DNA of 64,000 bases, taken from the NCBI RefSeq assembly GCF_009914755.1, contig NC_060937.1; one strand, given 5' to 3'. This DNA is from the human T2T-CHM13v2.0 reference genome, Homo sapiens. Position 1 is the stretch's first letter, and each line of letters starts with the position of its first letter. The notes beneath the pieces are model-generated. The model made no database searches. It saw nothing but the letters and a program-made list of their open reading frames with translations, and had not been told where the DNA came from. A program made the translations under genes and the position numbers. Below, piece by piece: positions 1 through 13,670 of the stretch.

Positions 1-169
1 TTTGTATAAATATATTTGACAAACATATTTATCCATATCAAATGAACACAATCTTTAAGAATTAAAACTCTAAAAATGGACTGCTTTCTCATATATAGAG
101 TCAAGGATTTATATATTGATATATAAATTAAGAGTTGTATATATTTATGTTGTGTGTATAATTATGTTG

Positions 170-259
170 TTCAATCAACAGTTATTTATTAAGGAACTAC
201 TATTTATAAGATGCTGTATTTGTAGCTGCAGAGGTTGTAAAGATTAAAATGTGATTCTT
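170..259 (-). mobile_element. L2 LINE 3'-end relic, interrupted by the L1 at 260
   Basis: ttcaatcaacagttatttattaaggaactactat resembles the reverse-complemented L2 3' end (ttcattcaacaaatatttattgagcacctactat). L2-like sequence resumes after 7880. Confidence 0.55.
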
Positions 260-639
260 GAGAGGGAAGTGGAACAAGATAGCCAACTAGAACCCTCCAA
301 TGATCATCCACCCCACAGAAACACCAAACTGAACAATTATCCATGCAGGAAAGCACCTTTATGAGAACCAAAAACCAGATGAGTGATCACAGTACCCGGT
401 TTCAATACCATATCAAAGAAAGAGGCAATGAAGAGGTAGGAAAGACAGTCTTGAATCACCACACCATGCCTACCCCATCCGCCGGCAGCAGCCATGTAGT
501 GTGGAGAGATCATCTCTGTGCTGTTGAGGGAGAGGGAACAGTGATTGTGGAACTTTGGATTGGAACTCAGTTTTGCCCTGTACAGTGGAAGACAACAAGG
601 GGCAGGATTCAGCTGATGCCTACAGACAGATCATTTTGA

Positions 640-1800
640 TCAGCCCTAGCCAGAGCGGAATCATCCATTCTAGCAGTTGGAGCCTGAGTTCTGGCTAGCA
701 CCACCACTGTGGACTAAAGTAGTCTGGTGTTTTAAATAAACTTGAAAGACAATCTAGACCATAAGAACTAAGATTTCTGGGCAAGTCCTGCTCTGTGCTG
801 GGCTTGGAGCCAGTGGATGTGGGATGCATGTGACCTGGTGAGACACCAGCCAGGGCAGCCAAGGGAGTGTGTGCATCACCCCTCCTTTGACCCTAGGCAG
901 TGCAGCTCATAGCTCCAGGAGGAGAGGGTAAAGAGGAATTTGTCTTACAACTTGCATACCAGCTCAGCCACAATAAAATAGTGTACCAGAGCCCCCATTC
1001 GAGGCACTAGCTCCTTGTGCCAGAAGGAAACCCACTACCTTGAAGAGAAGGACCCAGTGCTGGCAGAATTCATCACCTGGCTAAAGAGCACCTGGGTTTT
1101 GAATAAATATCAGTGGTACCCAGGCAGTACTTGCTGTGGGCCATGGGTGAGACCCAGGGCCATGCTAGATTCAGGTGTGATCCAACATATTTCAAGCTGT
1201 GTTGGCCATGGAGAGAGATTTCTTTTGCTTGAAGAAAGGAGAAAGAAAAGTAAAGGGGACTTTGTCTTACAGCTTGGGCAACAGCTTGGCCCAGTGGGTT
1301 AGAGGATCAAGTGAATCCCTGGGGTCCCCAGTTCTACAGTTCTAGGCCTTGACTCCTGGATGGCATTTCTGGACCCACACTGGGCCAGAGGGAAGCCCAC
1401 TGCCCTGAAGGGAGAGACCAAGGCCTGGTAGCATTCACCACAAGCTGAGCCTTGAGTGAACATTGGTACCAAGCCTGGGGTGGTAATGGCCATGGATAGA
1501 CACTCTTTCTGACTGAGGAAAGGAGAGGGAAGGGTGGGAAGAACTTTGTTTTGCAGCTTGGGTGCCAACTCAAGTCACAGCAGAACAGTGCACTAAGTAG
1601 ATTATTAAGTTTCCTGACTCCACGCACTGGCTCATGGACAGCATTTCTGGGCCAGCGTTGAGCCAGGGAGTAGCTTGCTGCCCTAAAGGGAGGAACACAA
1701 TCCTGGCTCAGTTTGCAACCTGCTGACTGAAGAGCCCCTGGGCCTTGAACAAAATTGGCAGTAGCCAGGCAGTGTGGTTGCTATGAGCCTTGGGTGAGAC
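640..1800 (+). repeat. ~300-bp diverged monomer repeats in the L1 5'UTR
   Basis: A block like ggagag..aaagrgractttgtcttacagctt recurs at ~920, ~1235 and ~1520. A block like gccagaggga..cactgccctgaaggga recurs at ~1020, ~1385 and ~1660. Confidence 0.75.
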
Positions 1801-2199
1801 CTAGTACCATGCTGGCTTTGGGACTGACCCAGAGTAGTCCCAGTAGTAGTTGCAACAGGGGTGCTTGTGTTACCCCTCCCCCAGTTCCAGGCAGATCAGT
1901 GTGAAAAGAGAGACTACATTTGTTTGGAGGAAAGTAAGGGAAGAGAACATGAGTCTGCCTGGTAATTCAAGGAATTCTCCTGGATCTTATCCAGGACCAC
2001 CAAGGAGATACTTTTACAAGTCTGTAAGAATCACGGCATTACTGGGCTTGGGGTGCCCCCTAATGCAGACACAGCTGCAATGACCAAAGATTTAGATAAC
2101 AACACTCAATTCCCTTTGAATGCTTGGAAATCCCTTCTAAGAAGGACAGATACAAATAAGCCTGGACAGTGAAGACAACAATAAATACCTAACTCTTTA

Positions 2200-3215
2200 A
2201 TGCTTAGACATCAGTGAATATCCACAAGCATCAAGGCCATCCAGGAAAACATGACCTCACCAAACAAACTGAATAAGGCACCAGGGACCAATCCTGGAGT
2301 GACAGAGTTATGTGACCTGTCAAAGATAATTTAAAATACCTGTTTTGGGGAAGATCAGTGAAATTCAGGATAACACAGAGAAGGAATTCAGAATTCTATC
2401 AGATAAATTTAGCAAAGAGATTGAAATAATTAAAAAAAGCAGAAATTCTGGAGCTGAAAAATTCAGTTGACATACTGAAGAATGCATCAGTATCTATCAA
2501 CCACAGAATTGATCAAACAGAAGAAAGAATTAGTGAGTTTGAAGACAGGCTATTTGAATAGTTAGAAGAGACAAAAGACAAAAAGAATGAAGTTTGCTTA
2601 CAAGACCCAGAAAATAGCCTCAAAAGGGTAAATCTAAGAGCTATTTGTCTTAAGGAGAAGGGGGAGAGAGAGATCAGCATAGAAAATTTATTCAAAGGGA
2701 TAGCCGAGAAATTTCCAAACCTAGAGAAATATGTCAATACTCAAGTACAAGAAGGTTATAGAACACCAAATAGATTTAACCCAAATAAGACTACCTCAAG
2801 GAATTCAATAGTCAAATTCCCAAAGGTCCAGGATAAAGAAAAGATTCTTAAATTAGCAAGAGAAAAGAAACAAGTAACATTCAAAGGAACTCCAATACAT
2901 TGGAGCAGACTTCTCAGTGGAAACCCTACAGGCCAAAAGCGACTGGTGCAACATATTTAAAATGCTGATGGGGGGCAGGTGGTGGGGGCTGGGGAGGTGG
3001 GGAACAACTTTTATCCTACAGTAACATATTCAGTGAAAATATCCTTCAAACATAAAGAAGCAACAAAACTTTCCCGGATAAACAAAAGCTTAGGATTTCA
3101 TCAATATCAGATGTGTCCTATGGGAAATGCTAGTTTTTCAATCTAAAAGAGAAGGATGTTAACAAGCAATAAGAAATTATCTGAAGGTACAAAACTCTCT
3201 GGTAATAGTAAGTAA
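2200..3215 (+). pseudogene. L1 ORF1p remnant (stops and frameshifts)
   Basis: ATG at 2200, followed by a coiled-coil-like region and ORF1 motifs (gcaagagaaaagaaacaagtaaca; gcagacttctcagtggaaacc = ADFSVET). Confidence 0.85.
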
Positions 3216-3642
3216 ACAGACAAATACAGAATATTATAGCACTGTAATTGTGTGTAAAATATTTATATTTTGAGTAGAAAGACTAAAAGATGAACCTATC
3301 AAAAATAATAACTCCAATAACTTCTTAAGACATAATAACATAAATAGAAACAATAAAAAGTTAAAAAGTGGGTGGATGAAGTTAGTGTAGAGTTTTCATT
3401 AGTTTTCTCTTTGCTTGTTAGTTCATTTTTGCAATCAGTGTTGTCATCAGTTTAAAATAATGAATTATAAGATATTATTTGCAAGCTTCATAGTAACCTC
3501 AATTCCAAAAACTGACAGATAAAAAGTTTAAAAATGAAATTAAAACATACCATCAGAAAAAATAATCTTCACAAAAAGGAAGACAAGAAGGAAGGCAAGA
3601 AAGAAGGAAAGATGACAAAACAACCAGAAAACAAGTAACAAA

Positions 3643-6600
3643 ATGGCAAGATTAAGTCTTTACTTATTAATAATAATATTGAATATAAATGGACTAAACT
3701 CTCTAATCAAAAGACATGGAGTGACTTACTGGATTCAAAAACTAAACAAAACAAATGAGACCCAATGAACATTTGCCCACAACTAACACACTTCATCTGT
3801 AAGACACAAATAGACTGAAAATAAAGGGATGAAAAAACATATTCCATACAAACAGAAACCAAAGAAGAGCAGGAATAGCTATACTTATGTCAGACAATAT
3901 AGATTTCAAGACAAAAACTATATAAGAGGCAAGTTTATTATGTAATGATAAAGGAGTCAACTCAGCAAGAAGTTATAGCAAGTGTAAATATATATACACC
4001 CAAAACTGGAGCACCTAGACATGTAAAGCAAATATTATTAGAGCTAAAGTGAGAGATAGACCCCAATACAATAAGAGCTAAAGACTTTAACACCCCACTT
4101 TCAGCATTGGACAGATCATCTAGACAGAAAATCAACAAAGAAACATCAGACATAATCTGCACTACAGACCAATTGAACCTGATAGGTATTTCCAAGAACA
4201 TCGATGGCTGCAAAGTGCACATGCTTCTCCTCTGCACATGGATCATTCTCAAGGGTAGACTATATGTTAGGCCACAAAACAAGTATTAAAGAATTCAAAA
4301 ATATTGAAATTATATCACATATCTTCTCAGACCACAATGGAATAAAACTAGAAATCAATAACAAGAGGAACTTTGGAAACTATGCAGACACACAGAAATT
4401 AAACAATATGCTCCTGAATGACCAATGGGTCAATGAAGTAATTAAGAAATAAATTTAAAAATTTCTTAAAACAAATGGAAAGACTACATACCCAAACCTA
4501 TGGAATACAATGAAAACAATACTAAGAGGAAAGTTTATAGTAATAAGGACCTACATCAAAAAAGTACAAAAACTTCAAATAAACAACCTAGTGGTGCATG
4601 TTAAAGAATTAGAAAAGCAAGAACAAACCAAACCCCAAATTACTGGAAGAAAATAGTGAAGATCATAGCCGAAATAAATGAGATCAAATTAAAAAAATAA
4701 CAAAAGATCAACCAAAGGGAAAGTTGGTGTTTTGAAAAGATAAACAAAATTGCCAAACCTTTAGCCAGACTAAAAAAGAAGAGCCAAATAAATAAAATCA
4801 GAGATGAAAAAGGAGACATTACAGCTGATACTACAGAAATTCAAAGGATCATTTGTGACTACTATGAACAACTATATATATGCCAATAAATTAGAAAACC
4901 TGGAAGAAATGGATAAATTCCTAGACACATACAACCTATCAAGATTGAACCAAGAAGAAATTCAAAACCTAAATAGTCCAATAACAGTAATAAAATTGAA
5001 ACCATAGTTTATTGTACATTGATGAAAAGTTTCCTGGCCTAGTAAAGCCCAGGACTCAATGGTTTCACTGCTCAATTTTACAAAACATTTAAAGAAATAA
5101 TACCGATCCTACTTTAACTATTTCAAAAAATGGAGGAGGAGGGAATACTTCCAAACTAATTCTGTGAGGCTAATATTACCCTGATACCAAAACCAGACAA
5201 AAACACATCAAAGTAAGAAAACTATAGGCCAATATCCCTGATAAGCATTGGTGCAAAAATCCTCAACAAAATACTAGCAAACCAGATTTAACAACACATT
5301 AAAAAGATCATTCATCATGACTAAGTGGGATTTATCCCTGGGATGCAAGGATGGTTCAACATATGCAAATCAATCAACGTGATACAACATATCAGCAGAA
5401 TGAAGGACAAAGCCATATGATCATTTCAGTTGATACTGAAAAAGCATTGGATAAGTCACTATTACTTCATGATAAAAACCCTCAAAAAACTGGGTATAGA
5501 AGGAACAAACTTCAACACAATAAAAGCCACATATGACAGACCTATGGCTAGTATCATACTGATTGGGGAAAAACTGAAAGGCTTTCCTTGAAGATCAAGA
5601 ACATGATACGGATGCCCACTTTTACCAGTGTTATTCAACACAGTACTGGAAGTCCTAGTCAGACAATCAGATAAGAAAAAGAAATAATGTTCATCCACAT
5701 GGGAAAGGAAGAAGTCAAATTATCCTTGTTTGCAGATGATATGATCTTATGCTTAGAAAAACCCACAGACTCCACCAAAAAACTATTAGAACTGATAAAT
5801 TCAGTAAAGTTTCAGGATATAAAATCAAAATATAAAAATCAATAGCACTTCTAAATGCCAACAGCAAACAATTTGAAAAAGAAATCAAGAAAGTAACCTC
5901 ATTTACAACAGCTACAAATAAAATGAGTTAACCAAAGAAGAGAAAGATCTCTACAATGAAAACTATAAACATTGATGCAAAAAATTGAAGAGGACTCAAA
6001 AAATGGAAAGAGATTTCATGTTCATGGATTAGAAGACTCAATATTGTTAAAGCATCCATACTACCCAAAGCAATCTACAGATAAAATGTAATCTCTATCA
6101 AAATACCAATGACATTCTTCACAAGAATAGAAAAAGTAATCTTAAAATTTATTGAACTACAAAATACCCAGAATAACCAAAGCCATCTTGAGCAAAAAGA
6201 ACAAAACTGGAGGCATCATATTACCTGACTTCAAATTATAACACAGAGCTATAGTAACCCAAATAGTATAGTACTAGCATAAAAACAGACATATAGACTG
6301 AAGGAATAGAATAGAGAACACATAAATAAATCCATACATCTACAGTGACCTCATTTTTTATAAAGGTGCCAAGAACATACATTGAGGAAAACACAATCTC
6401 TTCAATAAATGGCTCTGGGAAAACTGATATCCATATGCAGAAGAATAAAACTAGACCCTTATCTCTCACCACATACAAAAATCAAATCAAAATGTATTAA
6501 AGACTTAAATCTAAGACCTCAAACTAGGAAACTACTAAAAGAAACAGTTGAGGAAACTCTCTAGGACATCGGTCTGGGCAAAGATTTCTTGAGTAATACC

Positions 6601-7441
6601 CCACAAGCACAGGCAACCAAAGCAAAAATGGACAAATGGGATCACATCAAGTGAAAAAGCTTCTGCACAGCAAAGGCAACAATCAACAAAGTGAAGAGAC
6701 AACCCACAGAATAGGATAAAATATTTGCAAACTATTCATTTGACAAGAGATTAATATCAAGAATATATAAGAAGCCCACACAACTCAACAGGAAAAAAAA
6801 AATCTAAAAATCCAATCAAAATGGGCCAAAGATCTGAATGGATATTTTTTGAAGACATACAAATAGCAAACAGGCATATGAAAAGGTGCTCAACATGACA
6901 GATCATCAGAGAAATGCAAATCAAAGCTACAATGAGATATCGTTTCACCCCAGTTAAAGTGGCTTTAATCCAAAAGGCAGGCAGTAACATTCCCACCAAC
7001 AGTGTATGAGAGTTGGAGAAAAAGGAACCCTCTTACAGTGTTGGTGGGAATGAAAATTAGCATAGCCACTGTGAAGAACAATTTGGAAGTTCCTCAAAAA
7101 ACTAAAAATAGAGCTATCATATGATCAAGCAATCCCACTGCTGGATACATACCGAAAAGAAAAGAAATCAGGGTATGGAAGAGATATCTGCCCTGTTATG
7201 TTTATTGCAGCACTATTCACTATCACAAAAGACTTGGAAGCAACCTAAGTGGCCATAAACAGATGAACAGTTAAAGAAAATGTGGTATCTATACACAGTG
7301 GAGTACTATTCAGCCATAAAAAATGAATGAGATCTTGTCATTTGAAACAACATGGATGGAACTGGAGGACGTTATTTTAAGTGAATAAGCCAGGAACAAA
7401 AAGACAGACTCTGCATGTCCTCACTAAGTTGTGGGAGCTAA
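3643..7441 (+). pseudogene. L1 ORF2p remnant (endonuclease/reverse transcriptase), disrupted
   Basis: ATG at 3643. EN motifs appear in the ORF track (FSSAHGSFSRVDYMLGHK, FSDHNGIKLEIN). The RT motif FADDM is at 5729-5743. There are many stops and frameshifts. Confidence 0.93.
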
Positions 7442-7879
7442 AAATCAATGCAATTGAATTCATGGATACAGAGAGTAGAATGATGGTTACTAGAGGCTGG
7501 GAAGGGCAGTGAGTGGCAGAGGGGTGGAAGTGGGAATGAGTAAAGTGTACAAAAATATAGTTAGATACAGTGTATAAGATCTAGTATTTGATAGCTCAAT
7601 GATGCTATTTTTTCCATTTGATAACACAAATACTAGATGAATGTAGGGTGACTACAGTCAAAAATAATTTATTGTACATTTAAAAATAACTAAAAGAATA
7701 CAATTGGAATGTTTGTAACACAAATAAATGATAAGTGCTTGAGGAGATAAATACCCCATTTACCCTGATGTGATTATTACACATTCTATGCCTGTATCCA
7801 AGTATCTCACACCCTGTAAATATATACATCTACCATGTACCCATAAAAAGTAAGAATAAAAAAATAAATTCAGAGTAAA

Positions 7880-8179
7880 AAATCATATGATTTTGTCCTT
7901 GAGAAACTTAGTAGTAGGTTTATAGTATAGCATAATGCAGTATTAGAGAAGTACAAAGTGCTTTATATGTGAGGAGTTGGGGTTGTTTTGAAAATGAGCA
8001 TGATGTTGACTGGTGGGTATGAAAAGAATTGCATTGTAGTCAAACAAGCAAAATTTTAAGGTAGGATATCATGGACATTTTGCTTGCCTAGGCCAGCAGG
8101 TTCTTTTAAAGATGCTGTTGGAGAGGAACCTTCAGAGATCAATAGGAGCAGCTCATAGGGAGCCTTTTAATGCCAAAAG

Positions 8180-8220
<41 letters not shown>

Positions 8221-8680
8221 CATATATGTGTAACTATATACACACACATACATATATATACACACACACATATATATATACACACACGTGCATGTATATA
8301 CACATATATATACACAAGTGCATATATATATGTATATATATATATATGAGAGAGAGCATATATATACATATGAGAGAGAGAGAGAGAGACTGTGAACGCC
8401 CTTGGCAGGCAATGTGAGCAGAGAATTGGCTTTTCCAGAAAGGAGTTTCTGGGACATCACTCTTGGGATAAATAGGAAAAAGATAAAAGCCTTCAAATGG
8501 AGGTACCAAGGAGAAAGCTATTTAGCTATTTTAATAGCTAATAGTGAAATTAATAATATTCTAAAATTTTGTGGGTGGCTATAGGAAGAAAAGGGAAAGA
8601 ATGATGCTAGGCACATTGTGATATTATAGAACTGACAGGAATTGGAGACTGGGTTAAGAGGTGGAGATGGGGCTGCAATT
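7880..8680 (-). mobile_element. L2 relic, continuation of the 170-259 piece
   Basis: Purine-rich diverged sequence with L2-like phrases (gtccttgagaaactta, agaactgacaggaattggagactgg). Confidence 0.45.
8181..8389. repeat. Compound microsatellite (TG)n/(TA,CA)n/(GA)n
   Basis: About 17 TG units, then mixed TA/CA, then a GA run, all directly visible. Confidence 0.97.
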
Positions 8681-8959
8681 TGGTAAATGTAACTAGTTAT
8701 GGACTTCTGGCTCTCAAATATTGCAAGTTCTACAACCCTTCCTCCACCGTATCCCAGAGATATCTGAGTGTCTTTTTGGTTTGAATTTCAAGTTAAAACC
8801 CTGAATATCTGGAGGAACACCCACGCCCATCATGCTCTGATGTTAAGTACTAATACCTTTTGCTCATCCTTGGTTAAATCTTTTTAAATTCATTCATTGT
8901 TCTCTCTATATATACTCCTCACTAACATGCAAGATTTTCTTTTTATTTTGAGTTGTATA

Positions 8960-9107
8960 TATTTTTATTTTTCCCCATTTAATTTTTAGTTGAGATTAAT
9001 GTTGCACATATTCACGGTAGGCAAAGTGATATTTCAATATATGTATACAATGTATAATGATCAAATCAAGGTGATTAGCGTATCCATCACCGCAAATATT
9101 TATCGTA
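8960..9107 (-). mobile_element. Short L1MA-type 3'-end fragment
   Basis: A T-rich tail is followed by gtgatatttcaatatatgtatacaatgtataatgatcaaatcaaggtgattagcgtatccatcacc, the reverse complement of an L1MA 3' terminus. Confidence 0.8.
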
Positions 9108-9914
9108 CCTGGGAGAGTCAAGGGGAATGTGGTGGGGCCAGAAAGGGGAAATTTAGAAGGCAATATTTGGGAGGCAAAGGAATGAGGGGCAGTTGTTCAT
9201 GAAATGACAGTCTGAAGGTAGAAAGTGGGGGCCAAAGAAGACATCAACTCCCAAAGATTACCAGTTTATTACGTAATGAGCATGTATTAGCCGAGAAGGC
9301 TTGAAAAAGTTGACTTTTGAATGCGACACATTTTCTTTAAAATATTGAATCTGGATGTTTTTCTAGTTATTTAAATTTTTATTTGTAGGTATCTGTCTAG
9401 GGCACTTTGACCCTTTAGGTGTGGGTTAGCCATTTCTCATTAGGACTGGGAAAGATGAGTGAGAAATAAAATTATAGATTGCATGTTAAAAAGAAAAACA
9501 CTGGTTGTGACACTGAGTATAGGTTTTTTTTTTTACTATATCTGAAGTAAAATGATACTTATCTGCCTTGTTAATTATATTTATTTGTAAAAATAGTTTC
9601 CATTTAAATTTGTCAATAATAAAATTCCTCATGAAAAATATCAGAAACCTACTCTCTTTTATAATGAAAAGAAACCTAAGTATTAGTTTTTTATGTACCT
9701 ATGACATTTGATTACAATATGGAATGAAATTTAATTGTAGCATAGTATGAAATGGAAAACACCCTAAATATACCATGAAATTTATGTTATGCTGTGTAAT
9801 AATTTCCTCATATACTTTCCATATATAGGCACTAAATAAAGTGAAGTAATTTAGGTTAATTTAGGAGGCAGATGTTTTTCAAATACTCATAGGTGTATCA
9901 GGTAGGATACACCT

Positions 9915-10560
9915 GATTGTGACATTATTTGGGGTCCGTATAATAGAAAACCCAAGCCAAGGGTGTGTAAGGAAAAAAATTGCAATTTACTGGACCACTT
10001 AACTGTAGTAGTTAGGACTGTGATTTCCAAAGTGTGATTCTTGAATCAGCAGCACACGCATCAACGGGGGACTTGTTAAAACTGTGAATTCTCAGTTTCA
10101 TACTCACGGCATCAGAGACTCTGGCTGTGGAGCTCAACAGCCTGTGTATTAACAAGTCCTCCAGCTTCCGATGCTTCCATAGTCAAGTTTAAGAAACACT
10201 GGTATAGAGCTGGATCTATCCCTGGGTGCAAATCAACTTACGGTTCAAAGGATACCACCAGGATCTAAAGGTGGACTCTGCTAGGCACTGGGATAGCCCC
10301 ACACCCAGGCTTCACATGGTGGCTAATGACAACAGTAGATACATATCATCACAGCACCCTGTCCAGTGGACAGAGAAATTATCTCACCTGTGAATCCTCT
10401 TGATGTTCCTGGGTAGCCTGACTCAGGGAGTATCTCTGTCCTTCAGCCAATCACAATGCTGAGTGAATGGGATGTTCCAGTTGTCTTATTCTAGTCATAT
10501 TGTCCACTGTCAAGGTTGCAATTAATTTAGTATGGGGGCATTGCCACAAGAAGGACAAGA
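9915..10560. mobile_element. Old ERVL-MaLR (MLT1-like) LTR relic interrupted by MER5A
   Basis: Diverged MLT1-like phrases (aatagaaaacccaagccaa, ttcagccaatcacaatgc) on both sides of the MER5A. Confidence 0.45.
10017..10201. mobile_element. MER5A (hAT-Charlie MITE)
   Basis: ~185 bp: ctgtgatttccaaagtgtg...cagcagcacacgcatca...cttgttaaaactgtgaattctcag...ttaacaagtcctccag...gtttaagaaacactg. Confidence 0.85.
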
Positions 10561-11644
10561 AGATGTAGAATATCATTGACAATGTGTCACAAACAGCAAA
10601 GATTCAGTTGTTTCAGAAGACAACCTCAGGCCAAAATTTATTTAACTGAAGTTATTGATGAAAGAAAAATTCAGAGATGCTCTAGAAGTCAATCACTTGA
10701 CTGGAGAAGGAGAAAAATGTTCACTTGCACAGAAAATGCACAGTCCCATTTTCCAATGTCCTATTACCTAGAGGGCAATTTTAGTTTCATAACCTTGATT
10801 ACACTATTAATACTGGGCTATTTGGGCTAGTGTGGAGGATAGGCTTGATGTTTGTAAAATAACATTTATTTGAATATGTTTTTCTAAAATTCAATTTTTT
10901 TCCTTCTTAATATAAAAATTGTCCTTATTTTACTATCTTACCACATATTTTTGAAATCTAATCTGATTGTTATCACATATTTCTTTAAGTGGAATGGCTT
11001 AAATAACTCAGATAATTAAAGGCTAATTAAAGGCTTTGTCATCATTAAGATAATTAAAGTATCAATTAGCTTTTTAAAAGGAAGCTTAGCCTTAATCAGA
11101 AATCCTCTATTCACACAGCAGGGCCTCAGATATGGCAGATATTCCTGAAATGGAAAAACAGTACTTCAAAGTTTAGGCTCTGTGGAACTTCGTCATGATT
11201 TTTCTTCATCAATCTCTATTCTTTTTTGTAGACGGCATATTTGGTTTTTTTTTTCCCTGCTTTTTGTCTAACTAGTTATATATTGCTTATTGTAGATACT
11301 TTTGCAAATACCAAAAAAAATGAAACTCCCAGAAGCAACATTTTAGCTAATTTTTCCCAGCATTTTTCTAAGTTTTATTTTTATTTTTGTGGTTAAAAGG
11401 GATAGGTAAAAACCCATCAGCATAAAAAATTTACTTCTCTAATACCCTAGGAAAACAAGAGAATTACAAAATACCTAGAACTGAATGATAATGATTTCTG
11501 GTTTCAAATATTTCCTGCCATGAATTTAGTTTTATTTATCCTATCAGTGATTATGTATAGCTTTTCTACATGGTTTATTTAATTCTTAAAAATTCTCAGT
11601 GATTTTTCTATTCCAACATTGTCAATTGACCCAAGTTGAGTTTC

Positions 11645-12535
11645 TGGATATGAAAACCACAATATTTGATATGAAAAATACTATATGGGATTAACAGCAG
11701 ATTCACATCACAGAAGAAAAAACGGTGAATTTGAAGATGGAGCATTCGAAGCTATCCAAATTAAAACAGAAAAATATTTTTATTTGTATAAATTTTAGGA
11801 TTACAAGTGCAGTTTTGCTACATGAATATGTTGTATAGCGGGGGAAGTCTGGGTTTTTAGTGTAATCATCTCCTAGGACTATTCAGAAAATAGGTTTTAA
11901 AAATGAATGGAACATCAGTTAGCTGTGAAACAATTTTAAATGATCTAATAGAGGTATAATTTAATTTGTGAAGGACAGGAACTGGCAAAATATTTGAAGA
12001 AATAATAATGAAAATATTTCAAATTTGATGAACATTGTATATCCACAAGCACAAGACGCTCAATAAACTTGAACTATAAACAAAGAAATCTGAAGACACT
12101 ACACTGAGGCATGTCAAAATTAAATTGCTCAAAACCGTTAATAGGGAGACAATCTTAAAAAGCATCTAGAGAAAAAACCGTATACTGTATACAGAGGAAC
12201 AAAAATAAGGATGATAGCAGATTTCTCTTATTTCAAAGACAGTAGAACAACATCTTTAAAGGATTGAAGAAAAAATGTAAACCTAGAAGTCTAAACTCAG
12301 CAAAATACTTTTCAAAAACAAATGTGAAATTAAGACTTTTTTCAGGCTTACAAAAGAGAATCATCACTGGTCGATGTCAGCTAGAAGAAATGCTAGAGGA
12401 AGTTCTGCAGGCACAAGGAAAATCATGCCAAGTGGAAAGATGAATCTACACTAAGTCATGAAAAGAACTAGAAATGGTAATTACATGGGTAAATATATGT
12501 GGTGCATTTTTCTTTTATTCACATGTCTTTTAAAG
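11645..12535 (+). mobile_element. Old L1 (L1MC/MD-like) ORF1-region fragment
   Basis: ORF1-like sequence: cagaagaaaaaacggtgaatttgaagat, gaaataataatgaaaatatttcaaatttgatg, gatagcagatttctc. Confidence 0.75.
11776..11875 (-). mobile_element. ~100-bp L1MA-type 3' end nested in the older L1
   Basis: A T-tail is followed by tacaagtgcagttttgctacatgaatatgttgtatag. Flanking cagaaaa(a)ta occurs on both sides. Confidence 0.7.
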
Positions 12536-12544
12536 AGAAGTTTG

Positions 12545-13670
<1,126 letters not shown>

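Larger units (their letters stand above)
260..7868 (+). mobile_element. Near full-length decayed LINE-1, L1MA2/L1MA3-like
   Basis: Contains a ~1.9-kb 5'UTR, ORF1, a spacer, ORF2 with EN and RT motifs, an L1MA-type 3'UTR (gatctagtatttgatagc...agggtgactacagtc...taccccatttaccctgatgtgattattac) and an A-rich tail. Confidence 0.95.

Noticed and set aside
5008-5020. tttattgtacatt in ORF2, identical to 7668-7680 in the 3'UTR
   Set aside because: A 13-bp AT-rich match that could be chance. It cannot be shown to be templated without a consensus alignment.
343-6999. ORF-track entries within the first 7 kb as genes
   Set aside because: All lie inside the decayed L1. They are ORF2p fragments, antisense frames or chance 5'UTR ORFs.
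240-7895. TSD for the large L1 (aaaatgtgattctt vs aatcatatgatttt)
   Set aside because: Too degenerate to call with confidence.
8112-8509. ORFs rich in VC/YI/HT dipeptides
   Set aside because: Translation artefacts of the dinucleotide microsatellite.
9891-9914. 9-bp-stem hairpin aggtgtatc/gatacacct
   Set aside because: A stem this short is plausible by chance in 64 kb, and there is no supporting context.
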